Assembly: GCA_963705295.1 (NCBI GenBank)
Contig: OY970065.1
Span: 1,280,001 to 1,344,000 of the forward strand
DNA: 64,000 bases
Reading direction: 5' to 3'
Origin: Parachlamydiales bacterium
Lineage (GTDB): Bacteria; Chlamydiota; Chlamydiia; Chlamydiales; Rhabdochlamydiaceae
Positions within the stretch are counted from its first letter, which is position 1. Each line of letters begins with the position of its first letter. Made by a program: the position numbers and the translations under genes. This document shows, one piece after another, positions 9,599 to 19,020 of the stretch. The notes under the pieces were generated by a model. That model did not search any database, had not been told where the DNA came from, and worked only from the letters and a program-made list of their open reading frames with translations.

Positions 9599-10713
9599 CT
9601 TTTGATTTCTTTAATAGTTTCGATCCTCAGGTATTGAAAGCGATACTCCCTCGTATCGTAACCGATTTCGACTATGACGATCTCTTTCGCTTTGTCCCTA
9701 CTCTGGCAATTCCTCCTGCCCGCTTTTTTCGCGATCAACTCTCTTTCAATCCAGAGAAATTTTCTGAATACCTCCTCGCCTCCATCGAAAAGGCACACTC
9801 AGTTGTGGTGCGGACGCTTCTTGGTCACTCCTTAATGCAAAAAATGTCCTCTGCTGATGTTGTTGCTGCCTTTGATCAGGCCATTCGGTACGGGGATGTC
9901 GCTGCTGTTAGATCTTTGATTGAGAACCCTGCAATTACAGTTGCTAAAGTCGATGAAGCTTTTGCAAGATGCTGTGAATCGGTCCTTGTGCCTCTGATCG
10001 AATTTCTAAAAGATCACACCAAATTGACCTGGGTCGGTTTTAGAGAGGGTTTTTTGAGGAGCTGCAAAGCGGGTCAGACGACTATTATTGAATTGCTTTT
10101 CTATCACAGGTATTTAAGTCCATCGATTTTAGGTGATGGGTATGTCCAAATCTGCACCAAAGGTCATGTTCCTTTAGTGAGCCGATTTCTCTCTGATGAA
10201 AGGCTTTCTCAAAATAGAAAAGAAATAGGATTTATTAAAGCTTGCAAGCACAACAGAGCCGATATTTTGGCACATTTGGACCCTGTTTCTAATGGGGTTT
10301 TCATTCAAGGTCTGCAAAATGCAGGACGAGAGGGATGTTTTGATGTGATCAAGAAATTGAAAAACTGTCCTGCTACACTACTTGCCATAGGAAATGTTTT
10401 TTACTATGCTTGTTTGAATGGGTATCAGGAGATTGTGGCCCTTTTAGAAAATGACTTGAGGCTGACACCTGAACACTTGAATGACGGGTTTCATCGTGCT
10501 TGTCAAGAGGGGCGTACAGAGATCGCACGCCTGCTTCTTTTAAAACCTGAACTGACGATAAGAACACTGAGTTTTCTGTTTTATTGCAGACCTGAAATAA
10601 AAACCTTGCTCCGGGAATTGCCTCTACAGACACAGTTTCTTGTTCACATGGAGTATGCAAGGGCTTGCGCGATGACTGCCTTTAATTCCTTAACTTCTAG
10701 ATTTTCATACTAA
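9595..10713 (+). CDS. Ankyrin-like repeat protein
   Basis: GFIKACKHN, FYYACLNGYQEIV and GFHRACQEGRTEIARLLL repeats; ATGA overlap. Confidence 0.7.
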   Translation: MTFDFFNSFDPQVLKAILPRIVTDFDYDDLFRFVPTLAIPPARFFRDQLSFNPEKFSEYLLASIEKAHSVVVRTLLGHSLMQKMSSADVVAAFDQAIRYGDVAAVRSLIENPAITVAKVDEAFARCCESVLVPLIEFLKDHTKLTWVGFREGFLRSCKAGQTTIIELLFYHRYLSPSILGDGYVQICTKGHVPLVSRFLSDERLSQNRKEIGFIKACKHNRADILAHLDPVSNGVFIQGLQNAGREGCFDVIKKLKNCPATLLAIGNVFYYACLNGYQEIVALLENDLRLTPEHLNDGFHRACQEGRTEIARLLLLKPELTIRTLSFLFYCRPEIKTLLRELPLQTQFLVHMEYARACAMTAFNSLTSRFSY

Positions 10714-11437
10714 GAATTGCCAGAAATAGAGGAAACTCGAGGCGACACCGGTTTTCCATGCGGGCTTTGGGGCCCGTACTTTTTTTATCAGAGATCCATT
10801 CTTCCATTGTTTCAATGACAAAACCTGCTTTTTTGAGGCCTGCTGCGTATGCAGAGAGAGAGTGATGGAACGACCATGTCGTGGGGGATTCTTCGCCTTG
10901 GACGGGATGGGTCTGGATGGGGATTTTGAGGGGAGTCATGTAGAGGTCGACGCGCCGGTATTGGAGCTTTTTCTCTTCGTCTATGCCCCAGGAGGACTGT
11001 CGTGGAATGCGGTAGCAAGGGTGGTTGAGGACTGTGAGAAGTTTGCCACCGGGCATCAGATATTGAGCTGCATTCTCGAAAACCTTTTCAAAATCAGACA
11101 CGTTTTGCAGAACTAGAATGAGGGTCGCATGGGAGAATGGGGTGTGTTTAAGGGTGAGTGGTTGTGTGATATCGGAGACATAAAAGGGATGGCGCGACTG
11201 CTTTTTCGCTTTTTCGATGAGAGCGAGGGAGGCATCGACGCCGACGTAGTCGACATCTTTAGGAAGGTTGCGACTCAAGACACCTTGTCCGCACCCCAAA
11301 TCTAAGACGGAGTCACCCGATTTTAGCTGCAAAAGTTGGAGAGCTTTGGGAAGGATCACATGTTCGTGGTAATAGTGTCCTTTTTCTCCAACGAGGGCAT
11401 CGTACCACTTATGAGACGTCTCCCACGAAGTCCCCAT
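10697..11437 (-). CDS. Class I SAM-dependent methyltransferase
   Basis: Motif I VLDLGCGQG, followed by GVDAS. Confidence 0.9.
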   Translation of the reverse strand: MGTSWETSHKWYDALVGEKGHYYHEHVILPKALQLLQLKSGDSVLDLGCGQGVLSRNLPKDVDYVGVDASLALIEKAKKQSRHPFYVSDITQPLTLKHTPFSHATLILVLQNVSDFEKVFENAAQYLMPGGKLLTVLNHPCYRIPRQSSWGIDEEKKLQYRRVDLYMTPLKIPIQTHPVQGEESPTTWSFHHSLSAYAAGLKKAGFVIETMEEWISDKKSTGPKARMENRCRLEFPLFLAILSMKI

Positions 11438-11440
11438 GAG

Positions 11441-12853
11441 TTATAGGTCTTCCGTTTCGTGAGCCAGTCGGATGTTCCAGCTCGGCTTTTTAAACCGGAG
11501 GATCAAAGAGGGCGCAAGGCAAACAACGACGACTCCTACGATGAGAAAACCGACGAAAAAGGCAGTATTACCCGTTGGTATTTGAGCGGGAGGGAAAAAT
11601 CCGATGATCAAGGTGAATACAGAACTCAAGATGCCCATCCCTGCAACCACCCACATCCCGAAATTCCCACCCGGGATTTTGTAGGCCCGCGGAACATCGG
11701 GTTTTTTGTACCGGAGTTTGATTGCAGCGGCGAACATCATGATGTACATCACGAGATAAACTTGGGTCACGAGAACCGCCAAAATCCAGTAGGCGCTGTT
11801 CACCGTTGGCATGAGGACAAATAGAAAACTGAGGACCGTGACAATGCCGGCTTGCAAGATGAGAAGGGGACGGGGCATTCCGTGTGGGTTGAGCTGCCGG
11901 AAAGTCGGTGGAAGATCACCACTTTGAGCAGCGGCTAGAAGACCTCGGCTCGGGCCCACAATCCATGTGCTGAGCGAGGCTAAGGCTCCTATGACAATGA
12001 GGAGCGCCATCCAGGGGACAAGCCCTTTAAGATTGTACGCATCGACAAATGCGACAAATGCCTGCATCGAGCCTGCCGTCAAGCTGATTTCACTTTTAGG
12101 GACGACGGCTGCAATGGCCAAGACTCCTAGAATTGACAGACCAAGAATCAAAATAACTGAAATCAAGGTCGCTTTCGGGTAATTTTTTTGGGGATTTTCG
12201 ACATCTTTGGCGTGGACGGCTGACATCTCCATGCCACAAAAAGAGAGGAGGACACCGGCAAAGAGAACGAGTTGCTCCGGACTCGACATATCGGGGATAA
12301 AACTCTTTAAACTGAAATCGATTTGCAGTGGACTTTCGGAAATAAACCAGTGGCATCCAAGGCCGATAATCACTGCGGCCGGAATAAATGTTCCGACAAT
12401 CACTCCAAACGAACTGATCCACCCAGAAATTTTCATCCCCTTCATATTGATATACGACATGAGCCAAAATGAAACGACCGAGACGATCAAAAGGTACGGT
12501 TTGTTGTTGATGAGGGCCGGATCGAAAAGATAGGCGGCCGTCGCAGCGATAAAGGAGAGAATGGTCGGATACCAGATCACATTCTCAAACCACTGGAGCC
12601 AGATCGCGAGAAATCCTGCCCGGTGACCAAAAGCTTCTTTCACCCAAACAAAAACGCCTCCAATCTTCGGCCATCCCGTTGCGAGCTCTGCGGAGACAAG
12701 TGCAGTGGGGATAAAAAATAATAACGCAGCGAGAAGGAAGAAAAATAAAGAAGAAAAACCGATTTCTGCAATCGTGGGCCAATTTTTCACGCTTCCAATT
12801 GCTGCCACGTTGATCATGGCCAGTGTAAAAACGGTGATTGTTTTTTTATTCAT
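11441..12853 (-). CDS. APC-family amino acid permease (GadC-like antiporter)
   Basis: About 12 hydrophobic segments; SAELATGWPKIGGVFVWV, GMEMSAVHA and GPSRGLL. Confidence 0.9.
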   Translation of the reverse strand: MNKKTITVFTLAMINVAAIGSVKNWPTIAEIGFSSLFFFLLAALLFFIPTALVSAELATGWPKIGGVFVWVKEAFGHRAGFLAIWLQWFENVIWYPTILSFIAATAAYLFDPALINNKPYLLIVSVVSFWLMSYINMKGMKISGWISSFGVIVGTFIPAAVIIGLGCHWFISESPLQIDFSLKSFIPDMSSPEQLVLFAGVLLSFCGMEMSAVHAKDVENPQKNYPKATLISVILILGLSILGVLAIAAVVPKSEISLTAGSMQAFVAFVDAYNLKGLVPWMALLIVIGALASLSTWIVGPSRGLLAAAQSGDLPPTFRQLNPHGMPRPLLILQAGIVTVLSFLFVLMPTVNSAYWILAVLVTQVYLVMYIMMFAAAIKLRYKKPDVPRAYKIPGGNFGMWVVAGMGILSSVFTLIIGFFPPAQIPTGNTAFFVGFLIVGVVVVCLAPSLILRFKKPSWNIRLAHETEDL

Positions 12854-12889
12854 TTCTTTTTCGTAATAAAATACCTTATAAAGAAATTA

Positions 12890-14125
12890 ATGATCAATGA
12901 TAAGTCGTTAGAGGCCGTCAAAGAAGCGCAGTGGTCGTCCCATTTTTGCAAGCCTCTCTATAAAACGTATTGTTTTTCAAAAATTCCTGGGACTCTTCTC
13001 CATCTATTGGGAGAAAAATCAGAGACCTTGCCATCGGATTGTTGGGAAGACCGATCTTATAAAAGTGTTATTTTAATTTTAATCGACGGTTTTGGGTGGA
13101 AATTTTTTGAAAAACACCATAAAAATTATCCGTTTTTAAATCAGTTTGTCGAGGATGGAATTGTATCCAAATTGACCTCCCAATTTCCTTCAACGACGGC
13201 TGCTCATATCACCACCCTTTGCACAGGAATGGAGGTCGGACAAACAGGTGTGTTTGAGTGGTTTTACTACGAACCCCTGGTCAACCGGGTGATTTCTCCT
13301 CTGCTATTTTCTTACGCCGGTGACAAAACGACGGAAACGCTTGACCTCACACCCGATCAAATCCTCCCTGAGCACACCCTCTTTCAAAGGCTGAAAGGAA
13401 AAGGCATCTCCTCCTATGTCTTCCAGTCTGAATCGATTGCCCATTCTCCTTATTCAGATTGGATGTTCCGGGGAAGTGAGTCTGTTCCATACCACAGCTT
13501 TTCTCATGGTTTGTCTCAACTCGGAGCCTATCTTCCCCGGGGCGGTCTTTTTTATCTCTATTGTGGAGATATCGATGCGTATGCGCATCGAACGGGGTGG
13601 GAATCGGAAAAAGTGAAAGAGACATGCGATTCGATTTTCAAAGAACTCGATCGTTTTTCATCGAAGCTTCCGCCAGGTGTTGCCTGCATGGTCACCGCTG
13701 ACCATGGGATGACGGCAATCAGCCCCAAGACAACCGTTTTTCTCAATCAAGAAATTCCGCAGGTGGAATCGATGCTCCTGAAAGGGGCAGATGGACGGCC
13801 GCTGACCCCTGCCGGCTCGTGCCGCGATTATTTTCTCTATGTTAAAGATGAGCAGATCGATGAAGCCAAAGAACTTCTTCAAAAAACTTTTGAAGGAAAG
13901 GCTGAAGTTTTCAAAACATCGACCCTTATCCGCGACGGTTTTTTTGGCTCGAAACCGGTTTCTGAAACCTTTCTCAAAAGAGTCGGAAATCTCGTGATTT
14001 TACCCTACGATCACCAATCAGTCTGGTGGTATGAGAAAGGCCGCTTTGAACAACGGTTTTACGCGATGCATGGCGGCCTTTCTCGAGATGAGCTTGAAAC
14101 AATCTTTCTATTTAGAAAGACTTAG
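12890..14125 (+). CDS. Alkaline phosphatase / nucleotide pyrophosphatase family protein
   Basis: Metal-binding motifs LIDGFG, SQFPSTT, DAYAH, VTADHG and MHGG. Confidence 0.9.
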   Translation: MINDKSLEAVKEAQWSSHFCKPLYKTYCFSKIPGTLLHLLGEKSETLPSDCWEDRSYKSVILILIDGFGWKFFEKHHKNYPFLNQFVEDGIVSKLTSQFPSTTAAHITTLCTGMEVGQTGVFEWFYYEPLVNRVISPLLFSYAGDKTTETLDLTPDQILPEHTLFQRLKGKGISSYVFQSESIAHSPYSDWMFRGSESVPYHSFSHGLSQLGAYLPRGGLFYLYCGDIDAYAHRTGWESEKVKETCDSIFKELDRFSSKLPPGVACMVTADHGMTAISPKTTVFLNQEIPQVESMLLKGADGRPLTPAGSCRDYFLYVKDEQIDEAKELLQKTFEGKAEVFKTSTLIRDGFFGSKPVSETFLKRVGNLVILPYDHQSVWWYEKGRFEQRFYAMHGGLSRDELETIFLFRKT

Positions 14126-14219
14126 CTTTCTTCTTTTCTTGCTTAGCAAGTTTTTTTTCTTTCATACTTTTCTGAGGTTTTTTCTTATCCTCTTTTTTTG
14201 CATCACGAGTTTTTGACAT
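14112..14219 (-). CDS. Small Lys-rich protein, 35 aa (MSKTRDAKKEDKKKPQKSMKEKKLAKQEKKKAKSF), absent from the ORF track
   Basis: ATG at 14219 with a GGAGG Shine-Dalgarno just upstream (14224-14228, minus strand); TAA at 14114-14112. Confidence 0.7.
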   Translation of the reverse strand: MSKTRDAKKEDKKKPQKSMKEKKLAKQEKKKAKSF

Positions 14220-14341
14220 AAAGCCTCCATATAGGGAATCCCATAAGTATAAGAGATTTAAAATAATTTTCAAGAAACATTTTTCTTTACATGATTCGTT
14301 TTTTCTTTTATATAAAATTATTTAAAAAAAAAGGATACCGC

Positions 14342-17300
14342 ATGCAAAATTTTAGGACTCTTGGACTTCTTACATCCTCTGTTGTGCTCTTTTCTGCTGT
14401 GAATGTCTCTTCAGATGGCGAATTACAGAATGCGATTATCTCTGCGAATTTGGGTGGAGATAATACGATAAATTTTGTCAATAACATCACGCTCACTTCT
14501 CCAGGAATAGGTGCTCCTAATTTACGTCCTATCAATGCGAACTACGACTTTACACCGGGTAATTATCCTATCACCATTAATGGAAACAACTTTACTTTAA
14601 ATGGGGCGAATGCTTTTCGAGGTTTTTTTGTTCGCGGAGGAACTGTCTCCATCAATAATCTCAATTTTGGCAACACTTTGAGTGAAGGTGGTCAAGGTGG
14701 AGATACAGGCGGTGGAGGTGGTTCTGGGATTGGTGGATCGGTGATTGTTGGAACCGGAACCAACGTCACTTTGGTAAACCCTACTTTTGTAAATTCTAAA
14801 GCTCAAGGTGGACATGGAGGCGCTCCAGGAACCGCCAATGTCACTCCACCACTCGCAGGTGGGGGAGGAGGTATGGCAGGATCTGGTGGTTTTGGAGGAG
14901 GATTTTCCGGCGGCGGCGGCGGTGGTTTAGACTATACAGGAGGAAATAGTACGTCAAGCAACAACAGCGGCTCTGGAGCGGGAGGTGCCGGCGTGGGATT
15001 CAATGGTGGAGATGCTTCAGGAACAGACACACCTGGAAATGGAGGCAATAATTATGCTGGTGCTGGGGGCGGAGCTGGAGGTTCTACTTTCCTTGCCAAT
15101 GGTTCTCCTGGCTCCAATGGAGGTGGTGGAGGTGGAGGGCATGATACGCTTGGCGTGACTCCAGGAAATGGCGGTGCAGGTGGCGCAGGAGGAATTGGCG
15201 GTGGAGGAGGGGGTGGCGGTGCTGTACTTCCAACGACCAGTGTCGGTGGCGCAGGAGGAGATTTTGGCGGCGGCGGCGGAGGAGGATTTCAAGGTAGTGT
15301 AGGAGGTGCCGGAGGCATTTTTGGAGGCGGCGGTTGTGGCGGAAATACCGATCCCGAAAGTTTTCCACAATTCAATGGAGGACAAGGTGGAAATGGAGGT
15401 TTTGGAGGCGGCGGCGGAGGTGGTGGTGGTGCTTTCGTCACAGTTCTTGGCCTTACACCGGGTGCGGGTGGAACAGGAGGTTTTGCAGGGGGCAATGGTG
15501 ATAGCGGCAGTCTTGTCGTAGGTAGTTTTGGACCCAATGGAGCTGGAGGTGGAGGTGCAGGCTTTGGAGGAGCTCTTTTTCTTCAAAATGGGGGAAATCT
15601 TACAATCCAAGGTGCGCCGAGTTTTTCTGGGAATTCTTCGGCAGGGGGACTGAGCGGTGGTGGGAATGCGACAAGTGGCTCAGGTTTGGGGCAAGACATC
15701 TTTATGATGTCATCGTCGCTGCTCACCTTCAATATTACGAATACAGTGACATTAGCTAATCCCATTCAGAGTGATCAAGGGGCAGGCGGAGGGAGCACGA
15801 CAACCGGTGGTTTGACTAAAAGCGGCACAGGGACACTCGATTTCGCAACATTTAATCTCGCTAATACGTACACCGGTACTACAACAATTAATGATGGCAT
15901 TTTGAAAATTGCCAGCGACAGTAATTTGGGAGTGGCGGCAAACCCTGTCGTTATGAACACGGGTATCGGGGTTTCTCCGACTCTCGAATTTGCAGGCAAT
16001 GTCATATCGGCTCGTTCGATCACGCTGACTGGTCTACAAGCTGCGACTCTACAAGCAGACGCATCAACGAATTCGATTTTTTCAGGGATCATCAGTGGTA
16101 CAGGTTCTTTGACGAAAACAGGAACTGGTGTTGTTACTTTTTCAGGAGTGAGTCCTAATACCTATACAGGGACGACAACTGTCAATGATGGTATCCTTAT
16201 TTTGAATAAAGCACCCAATAACTTTGCCATTGCTGGAAATGCGGTTATTAATGGAGGCTCGCTCGTTTATGCTTCGACAAATCAGATGCCCTCTACATCC
16301 ACTGTGACCATCAATGGTGGTGCTTTCGATTTGACAGGCAATCCTGTGACCTTGGGAACTTTGATCTACAATGGTGGAACATTAACTCAAAGCGGTGCCC
16401 TTCTAACTTTATGTAATCCGAGACATGCCCTAACCATGCGCGATACCGTGATAACGGGGGATATCCTCTTGAAGAGAACAGGAAAAGTTACTTTTGATGC
16501 GACCAACAACGGAACAGCTGTCATTGCAGGTAATGTCGATTTGAATGGGCATAATATCGAATTTGATATTGCAGACGGTACTGCCCCGTTTGATATGGTT
16601 ATCAGTGGCGTGATCAGTAATGGAGGTCTCAAAAAGAAGGGACCTGGAACTCTCTACTTAACAGGAGAAAATACCTATAGCCATGGCGCAAAAATCTTAA
16701 AAGGAACCTTGGTAGGAAATACCAACAGTCTCCAGCCCAATATCGTCGATAAAGCAACCCTGGTTTTCTATCAAGATTTTGATGGAACGTATCAAGGTAA
16801 AATCCGTGGCCCAGGCGAACTTATCAAGAATGGTCTTGGAACAGTCACACTTATTGGGAAAAATACCTATAATGGTGGAACGGTCATCAATGAAGGAGCC
16901 TTGAAAGGAAACACGAAATCACTCCAGCGAAACATTCTCGATAATGCCACCATCATCTTCGAACAAACATCTCAAGGGAACTTCCATGGAATCGTCTCTG
17001 GTACAGGAGCTTTGATTAAAACTGGCGAAGGAACTTTGGTGTTCACAAAAAAACAGCAGTACACAGGGCAAACATTCATTGAACAAGGGAAATTAAGAGC
17101 TAATGGGGGTGGAAAAATTGCCGGTGATATTGTCGATAATTCCGTTTTGATTTTCCAGCAAAACAACAATGCATCTTACTCTGGAAATATCAGTGGTAGT
17201 GGAAAAGTTATTAAGACTGGTGAAGGAACTCTAGCACTCAAAGGAACCAATAACTATACAGGTGGAACAAGGATCAAGCAAGGAGCTCTTAAGGGAAATA

Positions 17301-18988
17301 CCCAAAGTATCACAGGAAATATTGTCGATGACGCAACTTTGATTTTTGATCAAAAGGTTAATGCGAAGTTCGGGGGCAACATCAAAGGAACAGGCGAACT
17401 GATAAAAACAGGAAATGCGACTTTGACACTGACAGGGGATAACACCTACACCGGTGGAACGATTGTTAAACAAGGAAAGCTCAAAGGGAATATTCCCGAT
17501 ATGGGAGATAACATTGTCAATGAAGGGGTAGTGGTTCACGAAGGAAATGGTCACTTCAATGGCACAATGAAAGGAAAAGGAGAAGTTCATGTTACCGGAA
17601 GACTCGGAGGAAGTGGAACAACGACTTCTCTGACTGTCAAAAGAGGTGGACGAATTGCTCCTGGAAATAGCATCGGAACCTTAAAAGTCTCCCATGACTA
17701 TACTCAAGAGAAGAGAAGCACGTATGAACTTGAGGTCGGCAAAAAGAGCGACTTGATTCAGGTTTCTGGAAAATCTCATCTCAAGGGTGGAACTGTCGAT
17801 GTTGATATTATTGAAAGCGACTTCGCGATCAATAAACCGTACGTTATTTTAAAGGCTAAAAAAGGTCTTAAGGGGACGTTTGACAAAGCCCGTCTAGACC
17901 ATCCGTATTTGACACCCGTTTTGAGTTATGATGACCATCATACCTACATGACCCTCAAGAGTGATTTCGGGAAATTTGCTAAAAACTCGAACGAAGCCCA
18001 AGTTGCAGAGCAGCTTGATGGACACCCATCGAGTCACTTCGATTTTTCGCATTCTCTCAATAAACTCTCGGGCGAGCAATATACGAACTTAATCTATATC
18101 GCCCAGCAGTCGGATCAAAGATTCATCCAAAGGATCTACTATCCCTTAGCCCGACGTATTGGAAGCGAGTGCCAACCGATGGAAGGGAATAAAACCAAAA
18201 TCTGGACCGATGGTCAGTGGGGAAGAAGCCATCAACATAATGACGACCATGCCAAAGGGTATAAGTCGAATGATTGGAACTTCACTTTAGGGATACATCA
18301 GGAAATTGGAACCCAAGGTACCATCGGGATAGCAGGTGCCTATGAGCAAAACCATGTCGACTTTAAAGCAGGCGGAGTCGGTCACTGCCATACCATCCTC
18401 GGAGCACTGTATGGTGCTTACAATCCCGACCCGATTTACATCATCTCGAACCTGGTTGCTGGATATAGTCATGATAAAGTCAAAAGACCTACCCACTCCA
18501 AGAGAATTGCCGGATATCCGAAAATCAACCATGTCACGTTCTACACTGAAATCGGTGGAAACATCTTTACCGGTTGCGGCTCACTGCAACCGTTTGCAGG
18601 TCTAGAAGTGCAACATTATCATCGAAGTTCATTTGAAGAACATGGCAGACACGCTCTCAAAGTCAAGGATAGAAATGTCAACCCTCTGAATAGCCGATTG
18701 GGCCTTCATTTAGCAACTCTGGCTTGGTGCGAGTTTACCTTTGGAGCCGATGTCGCATGGCTCCACCGTTTCTACTTCCATAAGGACAAAATCCGTGCGA
18801 AGTTTAGAAAATTTGGACATGAATTTAACGTCGAGGGTGTCGATGAACACCACGATGCGTTCCAAGGATCTTTGAACTTTACAGCTGCGCTTCCAAAAAA
18901 TGTCGATCTTTTTGCTGAAGCCTCAGGCCAAGTATGGAGCCACTTTTACTCTTACACCTTCACCGGAGGGCTGTCTTTCAGCTGGTAG
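14342..18988 (+). CDS. Autotransporter with Gly-rich passenger, passenger-associated (PATR-like) repeats and C-terminal beta-barrel
   Basis: Signal-like N-terminus, poly-Gly region, repeated LxKxGxGTLxLxGxNTYxGGTxI, APGNSIGTL, and terminal FSW. Confidence 0.9.
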   Translation: MQNFRTLGLLTSSVVLFSAVNVSSDGELQNAIISANLGGDNTINFVNNITLTSPGIGAPNLRPINANYDFTPGNYPITINGNNFTLNGANAFRGFFVRGGTVSINNLNFGNTLSEGGQGGDTGGGGGSGIGGSVIVGTGTNVTLVNPTFVNSKAQGGHGGAPGTANVTPPLAGGGGGMAGSGGFGGGFSGGGGGGLDYTGGNSTSSNNSGSGAGGAGVGFNGGDASGTDTPGNGGNNYAGAGGGAGGSTFLANGSPGSNGGGGGGGHDTLGVTPGNGGAGGAGGIGGGGGGGGAVLPTTSVGGAGGDFGGGGGGGFQGSVGGAGGIFGGGGCGGNTDPESFPQFNGGQGGNGGFGGGGGGGGGAFVTVLGLTPGAGGTGGFAGGNGDSGSLVVGSFGPNGAGGGGAGFGGALFLQNGGNLTIQGAPSFSGNSSAGGLSGGGNATSGSGLGQDIFMMSSSLLTFNITNTVTLANPIQSDQGAGGGSTTTGGLTKSGTGTLDFATFNLANTYTGTTTINDGILKIASDSNLGVAANPVVMNTGIGVSPTLEFAGNVISARSITLTGLQAATLQADASTNSIFSGIISGTGSLTKTGTGVVTFSGVSPNTYTGTTTVNDGILILNKAPNNFAIAGNAVINGGSLVYASTNQMPSTSTVTINGGAFDLTGNPVTLGTLIYNGGTLTQSGALLTLCNPRHALTMRDTVITGDILLKRTGKVTFDATNNGTAVIAGNVDLNGHNIEFDIADGTAPFDMVISGVISNGGLKKKGPGTLYLTGENTYSHGAKILKGTLVGNTNSLQPNIVDKATLVFYQDFDGTYQGKIRGPGELIKNGLGTVTLIGKNTYNGGTVINEGALKGNTKSLQRNILDNATIIFEQTSQGNFHGIVSGTGALIKTGEGTLVFTKKQQYTGQTFIEQGKLRANGGGKIAGDIVDNSVLIFQQNNNASYSGNISGSGKVIKTGEGTLALKGTNNYTGGTRIKQGALKGNTQSITGNIVDDATLIFDQKVNAKFGGNIKGTGELIKTGNATLTLTGDNTYTGGTIVKQGKLKGNIPDMGDNIVNEGVVVHEGNGHFNGTMKGKGEVHVTGRLGGSGTTTSLTVKRGGRIAPGNSIGTLKVSHDYTQEKRSTYELEVGKKSDLIQVSGKSHLKGGTVDVDIIESDFAINKPYVILKAKKGLKGTFDKARLDHPYLTPVLSYDDHHTYMTLKSDFGKFAKNSNEAQVAEQLDGHPSSHFDFSHSLNKLSGEQYTNLIYIAQQSDQRFIQRIYYPLARRIGSECQPMEGNKTKIWTDGQWGRSHQHNDDHAKGYKSNDWNFTLGIHQEIGTQGTIGIAGAYEQNHVDFKAGGVGHCHTILGALYGAYNPDPIYIISNLVAGYSHDKVKRPTHSKRIAGYPKINHVTFYTEIGGNIFTGCGSLQPFAGLEVQHYHRSSFEEHGRHALKVKDRNVNPLNSRLGLHLATLAWCEFTFGADVAWLHRFYFHKDKIRAKFRKFGHEFNVEGVDEHHDAFQGSLNFTAALPKNVDLFAEASGQVWSHFYSYTFTGGLSFSW

Positions 18989-19020
18989 GAAAATAAATTT
19001 AAAAAAAAGGAAATACGAAT

